DNA of 64,000 bases from a virus (Duplodnaviria > Caudoviricetes), in the IMG/VR virus record IMGVR_UViG_3300037067_007264, positions 64,001 through 128,000 of that record, one strand, 5' to 3'. Both the position numbers and the translations under genes were made by a program. Of the stretch, positions 18,188 through 27,839 are shown in pieces. The notes below the pieces were generated by a model. The model did no database searches. It was not told the DNA's origin and saw only the letters and a list, made by a program, of their open reading frames with translations. Numbering within the stretch: the stretch's first letter is position 1; each line of letters begins with the position of its first letter.

Positions 18188-18637
18188 ATGCCAACAATCG
18201 AAGTCGGTGAGTTTGATAAGGTATTCGTGGTAAGGCGCACGGAAACTCAGTTACCAAAGGGTTTTCAACAGGTAGTTGAGGTATCTGAGGATGACTTGTT
18301 AGTTTTTGTTCAACAAGGACACCTGATGACTGATACCCCAATAGGTAAACCTGCTCGGGGTGCACCCAAGGCTCGAGTATTCATCGGGGGTGACCAGATT
18401 GGTGTCCTGAACAAGGTTCGAGTGGAAGCCGATAGTGATAACCCACTTCCAATAATGGAGTTCTCCATTATCAGCCCTTTGGTTGAAGGACTCACAGAGA
18501 GCACTAGAAATTCTGTTCAAAAGAGTCTCGACAATTTGAAGAAGTTGTTACCGTTGGCAACTATCCATGAGATGGGTTTCAAGGGCGTTGAGCTCGCCAC
18601 CCACGGAAGGGACTTGACCCTTGAGTCTGTACCCTGA
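18188..18637 (+). CDS. hypothetical protein
   Basis: GGTGTA 18172. Confidence 0.8.
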   Translation: MPTIEVGEFDKVFVVRRTETQLPKGFQQVVEVSEDDLLVFVQQGHLMTDTPIGKPARGAPKARVFIGGDQIGVLNKVRVEADSDNPLPIMEFSIISPLVEGLTESTRNSVQKSLDNLKKLLPLATIHEMGFKGVELATHGRDLTLESVP

Positions 18638-19103
18638 GGATAAGTCTGAGCCTTTCATCTCGGTGAGAGGTTTGGTCTACAAGGGCAAGGGAGAACTGCC
18701 TCCTGAGAAGGCTCTTGTTGTGATCGTATTTGGGAAGCCCAAGGTCTTGATGTATATCGGGCCTGGACTCGACTTCATTTATGAAGATGGTTACATGCAG
18801 AACCACTTCGAAGAAGATGTGGAGATTCATATCCCATCTGACGGTCTCTATATCTGGACTGGGCAGGTGGTGGAGCGTACCAGCTTCGCAGAAGACGAGG
18901 TAGAGTATTGGATTGAGGGGTCCTTCGAGCCAGCCTCAAGATCGCAGTGGGACAAGTATCTGGAAGGTACTCCACCTTGGGATACTAGCTTGTACTTAGT
19001 TGATTCACGCATTAGGGATCTACTTCTCGAGGAGTGCGAGGAGGATCACACTAAGGCCAAGCACTGGCCTCCAGATAGGTTCCACCGAGAAGAAGTGATC
19101 TGA
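18621..19103 (+). CDS. hypothetical protein with variant TRFER tag
   Basis: ends PPDRFHREEVI. Confidence 0.8.
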   Translation: MSLYPEDKSEPFISVRGLVYKGKGELPPEKALVVIVFGKPKVLMYIGPGLDFIYEDGYMQNHFEEDVEIHIPSDGLYIWTGQVVERTSFAEDEVEYWIEGSFEPASRSQWDKYLEGTPPWDTSLYLVDSRIRDLLLEECEEDHTKAKHWPPDRFHREEVI

Positions 19104-19125
19104 CACCTTCGGTGTAGTCTGTCTC

Positions 19126-19845
19126 ATGGCTGATGTTGATGTAGAATCTATGAGGGCTGCCTTCGAGGAACTCGACCGCATTCCGTTTAGTTTTAAGGGT
19201 AAGTGCACTCAGGCCCGACTCATGGACGAGAACGATCCTGATGGTGCTGTAGCGCTAACGGATGATAAGGGTGTCGCTTATGTGATGATGCCTCGAGAGG
19301 TCTACGAGGATATCCTCGAGTACAATAAGAATCGGGCTAAGGACACAGTAGAAGACAGTTTCACTCAGAATACTAAGATCAGGTCAGAAGATGACTATGA
19401 TCTGACAGTTCATCGAGCAACAAAGCAAGATGCTGAAGACATCCATGCTTTTGGGATTACTATCCCTGAGATCAAGGTCAGCTCTCAAGTAGAGTTCATG
19501 AGCAAGGAGGAGCTCGAAGTCACACTTGAGAATCCCTGGGCTGTTGTTTTCTTCGCATGTGATAAGAAAGGAACTATTCAAGGCTTCTGCTTGGGGCAGA
19601 CGGGTGACCCAGATCACTGTGACGACCCGACTCAAGCTTGCCTTGTATACCTTGCTGTGGCTGAGGAGTGGAGGGGATCAAGCCTAGCGGTCAAGTTGTA
19701 CCAGGATGTCGTGGGCGAGCTCAAGAAGCGAGGTGTGACCTACCTCTATGCTTGGGCATGCCCAACGAGTGGGGCAGCAAAGTTCTTTGCTAAACAAGGG
19801 TTAGTACCAGGAAGAACTTGTGTTTGGATGGATACTAAGCTCTAA
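19126..19845 (+). CDS. GNAT-family acetyltransferase with N-terminal extension
   Basis: VHRATKQDAEDI; LVYLAVAEEWRGSSLAVKL; AAKFFAKQG. Confidence 0.85.
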   Translation: MADVDVESMRAAFEELDRIPFSFKGKCTQARLMDENDPDGAVALTDDKGVAYVMMPREVYEDILEYNKNRAKDTVEDSFTQNTKIRSEDDYDLTVHRATKQDAEDIHAFGITIPEIKVSSQVEFMSKEELEVTLENPWAVVFFACDKKGTIQGFCLGQTGDPDHCDDPTQACLVYLAVAEEWRGSSLAVKLYQDVVGELKKRGVTYLYAWACPTSGAAKFFAKQGLVPGRTCVWMDTKL

Positions 19846-20180
19846 CCCTGATTCCAAAGTGTCGTAGCTGTTGCACAGTCCACGTCGGTACACAGGTAAG
19901 TAGCTACAGCCATCACGTCATGCACCCAGAACTTGCCTGGCTCGTTCTGGTGAAGATCTGTGACGTAGGGGCCTTCATCCTGACCGGTACCCTCCTCCAT
20001 AATTACCATTGCAATACGGGAGGTCTTACCACACTTCACACACTTGGTAGTCTCAGAGAACGGGCCCTGGTAACTGTTCTTGAGTCCCTTGGTTCCGTAG
20101 ACCACGGATACCATTGGGCTCTTGTTGGCATTGAGTATCCTTCGAACTACTCTTTGAGCCGGATCAGACGAAAGCTTCAT
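19842..20180 (-). CDS. CxxC protein with N-terminal RVVRR segment
   Basis: AQRVVRRILNA; CVKCG..CTDVDC. Confidence 0.7.
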   Translation of the reverse strand: MKLSSDPAQRVVRRILNANKSPMVSVVYGTKGLKNSYQGPFSETTKCVKCGKTSRIAMVIMEEGTGQDEGPYVTDLHQNEPGKFWVHDVMAVATYLCTDVDCATATTLWNQG

Positions 20181-20247
20181 AGAGAAGATTGGTCAAAAGA
20201 GGATTAGCTACAGGACTGTCAATTCAAGTTCAAGTCCTCTATTCGAG

Positions 20248-20499
20248 TCATATGCTGCAATTTTCCCAACCAAGACCGTCAATCAACTCTAGGGCTGCCT
20301 TTGCATCCCGAACTTGCTTCACCGTTGGAGTCTGTTCGCACCCGGCGGTCTCCGCCCAAGCATCCCTCCCAATGGCCATATCAGCAAAAGGTACGAGAGC
20401 ATCCCTAGCCGCCAACAGAGCACGCTCGGTAGTGCGAAGGGAGGTGATCCTTCTTGGATCTACTGGCTTTGGTTTTTTGGAGAACATGGGTTCTTCCAC
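20248..20499 (-). CDS. hypothetical protein
   Basis: in minus-strand operon. Confidence 0.65.
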   Translation of the reverse strand: MEEPMFSKKPKPVDPRRITSLRTTERALLAARDALVPFADMAIGRDAWAETAGCEQTPTVKQVRDAKAALELIDGLGWENCSI

Positions 20500-20687
20500 C
20501 CCTCCTGTTGCCGTATTTGCATGATCTGATTTATTGAAAGGTTGGTGCTATCCCACCCTTGTTCCTGGCAGTACTTCTGGACGAAAGCATGACGGCCTTC
20601 GATCGTAGCCTTCATATCGTCAGCATCAGCCTGAGTTCCGGTAGTGATTGCAACTCCAAGGTTTCCTGGTAGCTTCACAACTGGCAT
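20460..20687 (-). CDS. hypothetical protein
   Basis: in minus-strand operon. Confidence 0.7.
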   Translation of the reverse strand: MPVVKLPGNLGVAITTGTQADADDMKATIEGRHAFVQKYCQEQGWDSTNLSINQIMQIRQQEGWKNPCSPKNQSQ

Positions 20688-20689
20688 TT

Positions 20690-21031
20690 TTAGTTCCTCT
20701 TGTTGGTAAACGTCCCATCGTTTCCACTACCAAGGATCCCACCTCTGCTGAACTTTGCATTCCGAGGGGGTCCTTCAATATTCCCATTCTCGATGGAACC
20801 CTGAACAATGAGCTCAGCTGCCTCAATCATTGAGAGACCGGTGGCCCAAGGTGGGTTAGCATTGTCGACACACCACTCTTGAAGCTTGAACTGGTTTTCA
20901 TCACTCATGCGGCTAGCTTTGAAGTGAGGTACCCGCATGGGAAGCTTCTTACCTGTGAGGGACTCGAGAGCTTCCTTGAAATAATTGATAGGAGAGAGTC
21001 CCCTTCGCTTGCTAGTCTTTTTCTTCATCAT
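20690..21031 (-). CDS. hypothetical protein
   Basis: in minus-strand operon. Confidence 0.7.
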   Translation of the reverse strand: MMKKKTSKRRGLSPINYFKEALESLTGKKLPMRVPHFKASRMSDENQFKLQEWCVDNANPPWATGLSMIEAAELIVQGSIENGNIEGPPRNAKFSRGGILGSGNDGTFTNKRN

Positions 21032-21590
21032 CTGGCCCTTTGCCGGGGAACATCTGAAGAGCTATTCGGAGTTGCTCTTCAGTCAGATCTTGAAGGGTCA
21101 CTGCGAAGCGGGTCCCCTTACCAATCTTGTTGTAGCAGTTGATCCCACCCTTGTATCTTGGGAAGTCCTCGTGGAGTTTCTCGATGGCCTGAAAGCGAGC
21201 GGTCTCCTCTTCCTTGAGAGTCTCCCTTCGCTGAATGGCCCTCTTCACCCAATCCTGTTGTCGCTTGACTTCGACCATGAGCTCATCTTCCAAGTTTGGA
21301 AGATCTTCCTCAATGGTTGTTCCGCGATAGAGTATATCTCCATCTCGAGAAATTCGAATGGTTTCGAAGATGAACAGCAACTTCGATGGTTTGTCACCAG
21401 GTTCATTCTGCTCACGAATCTCGAGAGCCCTATACAACTCAGGGTCTTTCACCACGAGTATGTACCAGTACCAATTGATGGCTAGTTCCGATTCAGTGCC
21501 TAGTCCAGCGAGCTTGGCCTGGATCAAGAATAGGGCATCTTTCGCTCGAACAGCAACTTCTCTTGTTGAGTAGCCTTTTGGGGTATCCAT
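21012..21590 (-). CDS. hypothetical protein
   Basis: class B motif 21676/21656 upstream. Confidence 0.8.
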   Translation of the reverse strand: MDTPKGYSTREVAVRAKDALFLIQAKLAGLGTESELAINWYWYILVVKDPELYRALEIREQNEPGDKPSKLLFIFETIRISRDGDILYRGTTIEEDLPNLEDELMVEVKRQQDWVKRAIQRRETLKEEETARFQAIEKLHEDFPRYKGGINCYNKIGKGTRFAVTLQDLTEEQLRIALQMFPGKGPDDEEKD

Positions 21591-21716
21591 TAGTGAGTCC
21601 TTGGCATAGATCCATCCTATATCAGGTTTCTAACACTCTGCGCACCTGATATTACGAACGAACTCACTGATTCTCACTAGAATAATTCAGAAACTAATCA
21701 CCGGCCCTAGGTTCAA

Positions 21717-22376
21717 CTAATCTTCGAACTCGAGTCCAGCAACTTGATTGTCCTGAATATCTACTCTTATCGGCTTCTTGCAGAGGATCACATTCTTGGG
21801 AGCGACCCATACGGCAAAGGAATTGCGGAGGGTGGTTTCTAAGGCCCCAAGGCCTCCAAGAACCTCAGGAGGTAGGTCAATTCCTGGTAGCTCACTGAGG
21901 AAGCTGTACTGGGCAACCCAGGGGAGGTCAACCAAAGAGCTCCACGCACACTCGTAGATGGATTCGGCAAGGGGGGTTATCCTGCTGGACCACAGGGAGT
22001 CTAACAAGGTGTTGTTCAAGGATTTGGTAATTGAATTGAGCAGCCTGTCAGAGAGTGAAAGCCAATAGATAGGCGATAACTCTATGGAATCTCGTAGAGC
22101 GTGGGTAAAGATCTGTATCCGACCGAGGCTCTTGTAGAAGGCTCGGCACTTCTCTGGGTTGGAAAACCACTTGACCTCGTATCCGGTGATGTCACTGACG
22201 TGAATAGCCCCGTTGTTTGGTAAGTTATCAATCAGATCGTGGATAGCTTCAGTGGCAAAGTCCACGTTGGTCTCAGTAGAAGTGGCGAATCTGAAGAAGT
22301 CTTGCCTGAAAGTGGCCAAGCGGCTGGCTTGTTGAGAGGTCAAAGAGTCAAGCTTCTTGGTGAACTCGTAGTACAT
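21717..22376 (-). CDS. DUF6745-like protein
   Basis: LDSLTSQQASRLATFRQDF..VKWFSNP..NVILCKKP; GGTGTA 22388-22393 (minus). Confidence 0.65.
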   Translation of the reverse strand: MYYEFTKKLDSLTSQQASRLATFRQDFFRFATSTETNVDFATEAIHDLIDNLPNNGAIHVSDITGYEVKWFSNPEKCRAFYKSLGRIQIFTHALRDSIELSPIYWLSLSDRLLNSITKSLNNTLLDSLWSSRITPLAESIYECAWSSLVDLPWVAQYSFLSELPGIDLPPEVLGGLGALETTLRNSFAVWVAPKNVILCKKPIRVDIQDNQVAGLEFED

Positions 22377-22445
22377 TGGGAGCACCCTACACCGAGTGTG
22401 ACAGTTTTGTCACCAAAAGATTGACAATCTGGTGTACACTGCTTC

Positions 22446-22607
22446 ATGCCATTGACTGTCCGAAATCTTCTTGACCACCCAGAACGTAGGTCTGAACTAT
22501 ACCCTGAGCCGGATAATTGTGTTGAGTGTGGGCAACCGATCTCGGAGTTTGTCACTGGGCATGAGCCGATTGGCAAGAAACCCGCTCAAGAGCCAGAGGA
22601 AACGTGA
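22446..22607 (+). CDS. 53-aa CxxC protein not in the ORF track
   Basis: GGTGTA 22431; MPLTVRNLLDHP..NCVECGQP; GTGA coupling to 22604. Confidence 0.65.
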   Translation: MPLTVRNLLDHPERRSELYPEPDNCVECGQPISEFVTGHEPIGKKPAQEPEET

Positions 22608-23140
22608 TCTACCTCATCCCGCCGGTACCGACTCAAGAACCCAAGTGGCGTATTCGAGCTGAATCAACCAAGCTATCCAGTTCCTTTATCCTCCGTGATG
22701 AAGTAGCGAAGATTTTTTCTGATAATGGGGTTCCAGTCATCCCATTAGGTAAGCCCCCAAGTGGTGCCACCGAAGAAGCTTTGGTTGCTGCCATGGACGA
22801 GATAGACACTCGTCACATTAAACTGAGTAGACGGTTACTCAGCGAGCTGAGGTTCGAACTCCTAGGGGCTAGGTCTAGGATCCAATGGCCCCAAGTAATA
22901 ATAGACTGCCGCCGAGCAGCAGTAGATGTTGTAGAGGCTCAGAATCGATACGAAGAGTTGCATGAGAAGGTAATGGAGTACGCCATGGATCAGTTAGGTC
23001 TCAATGAGCTAACCTGTATCCTAGTTGAAGGCCTTCACGAGTGTATCAAGAGCCCAACCCGGCAGTGCTTGTACGATGATGAAGAGGATCCTAGCCACGA
23101 TGATTGCCTCGTGTGCGGAGAGCCTGAAGAGCGGAAATGA
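22604..23140 (+). CDS. protein with C-terminal Cys-rich segment
   Basis: HECIKSP..CLY..DDCLVCGEPEERK. Confidence 0.75.
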   Translation: MIYLIPPVPTQEPKWRIRAESTKLSSSFILRDEVAKIFSDNGVPVIPLGKPPSGATEEALVAAMDEIDTRHIKLSRRLLSELRFELLGARSRIQWPQVIIDCRRAAVDVVEAQNRYEELHEKVMEYAMDQLGLNELTCILVEGLHECIKSPTRQCLYDDEEDPSHDDCLVCGEPEERK

Positions 23141-23614
23141 TTAGAAGGCCCCTAGATCCTCAAGTGATGTGAGTTGGGCTAGGATCTTGTTCTTGTATCT
23201 CGGGTCGTAGGTGACTTCCATGGCTCCAGAAGTCCAAGGAGGAAGCTCAAAGGTATCCGCTTCCTCTATTGAATCAAACTCGCACTCGAGGGTAACTAGT
23301 CCATCCAAGGTATCGAGATAAGTGTCTATTTCAAGAGACTTATTTTGGTACCCGACGGTCATCCTAAGTTTTCTTAGTGAGTGAGTAACCTGGGGCCAGA
23401 GTGAATCAAAGACCCAAGAGGGTATCTGCGAGTTCCACTCAGGTCTCTCGATGTCCCCATCACCCTTCACAGTCATCATGAAGGTATTGTCCTGCCTGCG
23501 TAGCCTGAGCTCTGGGTCCCCTGTTAGGAGGTATCCTTGCTCAATCAATGAGGAATGACCGTGAAGTTCTCCCGGAACAAACCTCAATCTCCACTTACGT
23601 TCGATTTCTGACAT
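23141..23614 (-). CDS. CYTH-domain (triphosphate tunnel) protein
   Basis: EIERKW, IEQGYL, LRLR, TVKG, LEIDTY, LECEF, EVT.DPRYKN. Confidence 0.92.
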   Translation of the reverse strand: MSEIERKWRLRFVPGELHGHSSLIEQGYLLTGDPELRLRRQDNTFMMTVKGDGDIERPEWNSQIPSWVFDSLWPQVTHSLRKLRMTVGYQNKSLEIDTYLDTLDGLVTLECEFDSIEEADTFELPPWTSGAMEVTYDPRYKNKILAQLTSLEDLGAF

Positions 23615-23949
23615 CCCGATCTTAGTACACCGGAATGGTAGAACTCAGTCGCATTGAAGACTGATTGGTCTTCTACTTCAGGGATTGGATCATAAATAGT
23701 ATGATCCCCAGCGGACTCATACTTCTCCTCGAGCTCAGCCATGCTCATGACGATTGCAGGACCTCGAGGAACCTGAATAAGCCGGACCTTGGTTGTTTCA
23801 GCCGATCCATACATCTTGAGGCATTGAACCCAAAGTCTCGGGTAAGGTTCTCGCTCGGCTCCCTTAAGCTTCAGAAAGATCCCATGTCTGAACCAAGTAG
23901 GTGGGAAGTAGCGTGTTGAAGTGTCGACTCTCAGGTCTACTCGGATCAT
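23584..23949 (-). CDS. hypothetical protein
   Basis: 121-aa ORF in operon. Confidence 0.65.
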   Translation of the reverse strand: MIRVDLRVDTSTRYFPPTWFRHGIFLKLKGAEREPYPRLWVQCLKMYGSAETTKVRLIQVPRGPAIVMSMAELEEKYESAGDHTIYDPIPEVEDQSVFNATEFYHSGVLRSGCQKSNVSGD

Positions 23950-23988
23950 GCTCTGATCCCTATCCTCTTTTGAGCTCTTCGTCTACCC

Positions 23989-24246
23989 TCAAACTGGGAC
24001 CCGTGGGGTTATCTCACTACCAACGAAGACTTCTCGGTCTAGGAGTCGAGGTTCTTCAGACACACCCAACCCATTGGCCAACTCCTGTTCGATGGTGTTC
24101 TGATCCTCTTCGGACAAGGCTCGCCAATGAGAATCCAATCGTTCGACAAACTTGGACTCCTCTTCTTGTGAGAGGCTTCCTCCCGCTTCTGCGCGAGCCA
24201 GGTGCAACTCAATCATTTCTCGACGGTAGTTTTCCAAGTGGGACAC
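23989..24246 (-). CDS. hypothetical protein
   Basis: GTG 12 nt after GGTGTA 24259-24264 (minus). Confidence 0.7.
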   Translation of the reverse strand: MSHLENYRREMIELHLARAEAGGSLSQEEESKFVERLDSHWRALSEEDQNTIEQELANGLGVSEEPRLLDREVFVGSEITPRVPV

Positions 24247-24265
24247 TTCAGTCCTTACTACACCC

Positions 24266-24349
24266 CAAAAGGTGAAACCCACCAGGGAACTACTACTGGT
24301 GGGTTTCTCTTGCAGTCGTTTGTTTCAATCACCCAAAAAGAAAGCTTGA
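24266..24349 (-). ncRNA. candidate small RNA
   Basis: TTGACT-17-TAACTA (24384..24356); 12-bp hairpin 24274-24307 followed by CCTTTT. Confidence 0.45.
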
Positions 24350-24400
24350 GACTAATAGTTACATGGTAAGCCCTAGGGAGTCAATCCTTCAACTTGATAA

Positions 24401-24429
24401 TTGACACGATTTGGAGGATGATGTAGGAT
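24401..24429 (+). promoter_or_regulatory. sigma70-type promoter
   Basis: TTGACA-17-TAGGAT. Confidence 0.75.
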
Positions 24430-24435
24430 ATAGTT

Positions 24436-24537
24436 CTGTGTGGTGATGTCCTAGCATTTCACCACACATCTTGTGGACTGAGCTGAGCAGGTTAGACGGC
24501 CCTGGGTTTGAGCATAGCCCGGGGCCGTTCCCTTTTG
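24436..24537 (+). ncRNA. candidate small RNA (CGGCC-stem family)
   Basis: hairpin 24437-24468; stem 24495-24529 then CCCTTTT; no convincing ORF. Confidence 0.6.
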
Positions 24538-24559
24538 TCTTATGTGGTGTACTTAGAAG

Positions 24560-24757
24560 ATGGAGGCTCTTATGAGCATTATCTTTTCTTCTGAATGCAA
24601 AGCTAGTTTTGAACCTGAACCTGAGTTGGGGGAGCCAAGACGAAAAGCACGAAGGAAAGGGAGGCCTCGAAAGGGAGAAGACAAAGATCTTAAGTCTTCA
24701 ATTCGTTCGACTGCAGGAAGACTCGATGAGTTTGATGACGAGGATGAAGGCTACTAA
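24560..24757 (+). CDS. small basic/acidic protein with AT-hook-like RKGRPRK
   Basis: GGTGTA 24546. Confidence 0.65.
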   Translation: MEALMSIIFSSECKASFEPEPELGEPRRKARRKGRPRKGEDKDLKSSIRSTAGRLDEFDDEDEGY

Positions 24758-24773
24758 GTTCTCCTGAGGGTCA

Positions 24774-24801
24774 TGAAGAGTGTTCTTATGAACACTCTTC
24801 A
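24774..24801. other. perfect 12-bp hairpin with TTAT loop
   Basis: tgaagagtgttc-ttat-gaacactcttca, 6 nt before ATG 24808. Confidence 0.7.
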
Positions 24802-24807
24802 AGTACC

Positions 24808-25482
24808 ATGACTGAATTCAGAATCTACTACCCCACGGGTCTGATAGCTCAAATAGACTACTCACCCTCTCCGTTTCACTTCAACCTAATTCAGCCCTTG
24901 AGTAACCCTGGATTATTGGTCAACGGAGATCCAGGAGCCTACCCTCTTCAGAACCAGGCCCTTGATAAAGGTACCATTGAAGCTCTCATCACTCTTGGGG
25001 CTCCCGGATCCAATCGTTCAGTGGTCTTCTTGGTTGATCAATGGCCGAGTCCTACAAAGTACGTTGGTATTGCCTTGGACGATCTCAACCGTCCCTTAGC
25101 CTACTTATCAGTTGATGGTATAGGAACCATCCTTGGAGAAGGTCTTCCAAGTGGAGCTGCTAATGCCCAGGGAAGTCAACTCAAAGTTCGACTTTCGTAC
25201 GACCTGAGTAGTCCTATATTCATGGGTGCAACTGCAGTACTACAAATTGGGGATATGGAACAAGAGCTTTGGGCGGTAGAGCCTGGGGTTGCCCCGGGTC
25301 TATTCCAACCCCAGTTCTTGGTGATTGGTTACCAAGTCCTTTCAAACTACTTGACCTTCAATGGTACCATCACCTGGGCGCAAACTTGTGATAAGGTAGA
25401 CATAATTCCAGAGACTCCTGCAGAGCAAGAGGAGACTTCCACAGTTGGAATGCTTGATCAGCCCCTAGACTTCCCGATGTAA
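24808..25482 (+). CDS. beta-rich protein, possibly virion-associated
   Basis: 224-aa ORF; LamG-like look is inference only. Confidence 0.75.
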   Translation: MTEFRIYYPTGLIAQIDYSPSPFHFNLIQPLSNPGLLVNGDPGAYPLQNQALDKGTIEALITLGAPGSNRSVVFLVDQWPSPTKYVGIALDDLNRPLAYLSVDGIGTILGEGLPSGAANAQGSQLKVRLSYDLSSPIFMGATAVLQIGDMEQELWAVEPGVAPGLFQPQFLVIGYQVLSNYLTFNGTITWAQTCDKVDIIPETPAEQEETSTVGMLDQPLDFPM

Positions 25483-25501
25483 TCTTGGTGTACTTCTTCT
25501 A

Positions 25502-25783
25502 GTGCTCACCTTCGTTGTTCATTGCAAACGGTCAGCATACGATGTCTATATCGGTCGACCAGGGCCTTGGGGTAATCCATTCTCCCATCAGGAAGGCACT
25601 TTGGCCAAGTTCAAGGTAGCCGATCGGGACGAAGCAATCGACCGGTACGAGGCCTGGGTCAGATCCCAGCCCGAGTTTGTCCAACGAATCAAACGAGAAC
25701 TTAAAAGCAAGATTCTCGGGTGTTTCTGCATTCCGAACAGATGCCACGGGGAAGTTCTTGCGAGAATTGCTAACGAAGGCTAA
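25502..25783 (+). CDS. DUF4326-family protein
   Basis: VVHCK..YDVYIGRPGPWGNPF..LGCFC.P..CHGEVL. Confidence 0.9.
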   Translation: MLTFVVHCKRSAYDVYIGRPGPWGNPFSHQEGTLAKFKVADRDEAIDRYEAWVRSQPEFVQRIKRELKSKILGCFCIPNRCHGEVLARIANEG

Positions 25784-25792
25784 AGTCTCGGG

Positions 25793-26020
25793 GTGGATAT
25801 AAATGAAAACCTCAAGAAGCAACGTGAGCTTACCGCTAAACTTCTAGCTGAGCCTCTCGAAGGTGAGCCTCTCGAGTTGCTTGAGCTTGGTATTGAACTG
25901 GCTAGGTTAGTGACAACAGCAGATCAACACCTATCCGATGATGGAGACTACCCTGAAGCTTGGCTTAGTAAACCTAAACCACCAGCCCCCGATCCTTGGT
26001 GTGGGGGATCGGAGACGTAA
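25793..26020 (+). CDS. hypothetical protein
   Basis: MDINENLK..DQHLSDDGDYPEAW. Confidence 0.75.
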   Translation: MDINENLKKQRELTAKLLAEPLEGEPLELLELGIELARLVTTADQHLSDDGDYPEAWLSKPKPPAPDPWCGGSET

Positions 26021-26042
26021 TGAAAGAGACGAGTGACTGCTA

Positions 26043-26297
26043 ATGGAAGACAAAGAAGTAGAGATCTCATTAGATAGAAAAACTGAGATCATCTTTAGGA
26101 TGATGCAGAAGTGGGCACCTCGCTCGAGTGAAACGCTGGCCCAGGTGTTCCCAAATTGTGATTGGCCTGAGTCGATCCATAATTGCAACCTACAAGAGTT
26201 CCTAACCACGGTCTTCAATGATAACCCGAAGGCGATCACTGAGAGAGGCATACCTTCAGCCGAAGCCTATGTGGGGGAGGTTAGGAAACTTTTCTAG
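26043..26297 (+). CDS. hypothetical protein
   Basis: ORF in operon. Confidence 0.7.
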   Translation: MEDKEVEISLDRKTEIIFRMMQKWAPRSSETLAQVFPNCDWPESIHNCNLQEFLTTVFNDNPKAITERGIPSAEAYVGEVRKLF

Positions 26298-26700
26298 GGA
26301 ATACCCTAGGAGAACCTTAGGCTGGCTATTGACATTCCTCATAAATTATGGTGCTATACGAGATTAGTAACCACTCGGATAGCTATGGGCGCTAGGTCAA
26401 AGAACACTTATAGTGTTAGGGCAACAGTTCAGGGTCAGTTTCGAGATCGGCAGATTGGGGTCCTTGGCGGGAAACCCTAAACGAAGCTGTCTTATCTTTT
26501 GTAGAGAAGTTGAAGAAACAAGGACAGGCAGATCGAATCCTGAAGTATCCAATGGTAGCTCGCAGGGCAACTATTGAGGATCAAATAGGGCATAACCTAC
26601 CAATAGATGGTAACGGGGTTATTTACCGGCGCGATCTAAGTTTACAAGCTGGAATCTCATCCTTGCTCATAGCCCAAGGGTTGAACCTACCGGAGAATCA

Positions 26701-27381
26701 ATGAAGCACGTTCAGAAGATGCCTAAGTGGACATTCTGCGGGAAGCCCGTATCAAATATGGGTTCTGTCGTAGGTGTTGGAGAGGTAAGTCTGGAAGATC
26801 CAGACCTCTGTAAACTCTGTAAGAAGGGCATAATATCACTAGAGACTCCTAAGTCCACTAACCCCAACTTGAAGCATGTCCCTCGGACAGCTAATCGATC
26901 CTTCTGTGGTAAGCTCCTCACAAGGGTAAAGAATCCTGTGAGTAAAGAAGAGGTCAATATGGAAGATCCAGACCTTTGTGGAACCTGTCGTCGAGGCGTA
27001 GGGGCTCCGAGCTTCTTCAAGATCTTACTTGTCTGGAGGCCTGAGAGACACGAGGAGGGGCTCTCTCGAGTCATTGAGGCACCTCGAGGGGTCAACCTAT
27101 TCGCCAATGGTGTGGAGGTGGCCAGCATCATTGCCTATCGGGTACCAAGATCAGAATCAATTGAAGGACCTGAAAGCCCTCGATATGAAGGTTGGGTATG
27201 GAGTGCAGGAACTGAACCCTCTGAAAAGTTACCCTTCAAACTCCCCAGGGTCAACACTTGCAACCATCCAGTGGCAGACCTAGAGGTGGCCAAGGCCAAG
27301 TGTAAGGCTTGGGTAAAGAGGAAGCTCGAAGAAGCTCGAGAATCCTCCTCAGTTCAAAACTCTACCGTTGATGATGTCTAG
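26701..27381 (+). CDS. two H/C zinc-finger-like repeats plus domain shared with 28206 and 40274
   Basis: KHV..FCGK..EDPDLCxxC twice. Confidence 0.8.
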   Translation: MKHVQKMPKWTFCGKPVSNMGSVVGVGEVSLEDPDLCKLCKKGIISLETPKSTNPNLKHVPRTANRSFCGKLLTRVKNPVSKEEVNMEDPDLCGTCRRGVGAPSFFKILLVWRPERHEEGLSRVIEAPRGVNLFANGVEVASIIAYRVPRSESIEGPESPRYEGWVWSAGTEPSEKLPFKLPRVNTCNHPVADLEVAKAKCKAWVKRKLEEARESSSVQNSTVDDV

Positions 27382-27382
27382 C

Positions 27383-27610
27383 TTACGGGTTAGACACAGT
27401 GGGGTCAGGTTCCTCTCCGTGGCCCTCACACTTACGGCAGGCTGGTTGTTGAGGGTCCCACTCATGCGATGGGTATGGGTTGACGTAATCAGGGTCTTCT
27501 GGGTGAGGCTCTATTCCAGATCCACCACAGTGTTCGCAGTCACCAACCATGCTCAGATCCTCCCATCTTAAATAAGCGAGGTGAGGTGGGGGGTCATGAC
27601 TTCCCCCCAC
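27383..27610 (-). CDS. small DnaJ-type CxxCxGxG protein
   Basis: CEHCGGSG..CRKCEGHG. Confidence 0.65.
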   Translation of the reverse strand: MGGSHDPPPHLAYLRWEDLSMVGDCEHCGGSGIEPHPEDPDYVNPYPSHEWDPQQPACRKCEGHGEEPDPTVSNP

Positions 27611-27839
27611 CCTTACCGAACCGCCAATAAGCGGCCACCTCTACGGATTTCCAGACCGGTTCTTACCAACACCTGAACTGCCACGGGTACCTGCAGTCAA
27701 GAGCCATCGGTACTGAACTGAGACACACGGACCATCCAGCTTCCGAGTAAGCGGGTGCAGGACTGAGGGCATCTCATGACCACGACACTACCAGACGAAA
27801 ACAGACCCTGTCAAGACAGATTTGGTGTACCCTAGGCTA

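Noticed and set aside
26329-26704. TTGACA promoter with 31-aa and 64-aa ORFs
   Set aside because: No good -10 at 17 nt and the ORFs lack supporting signals; left unannotated.
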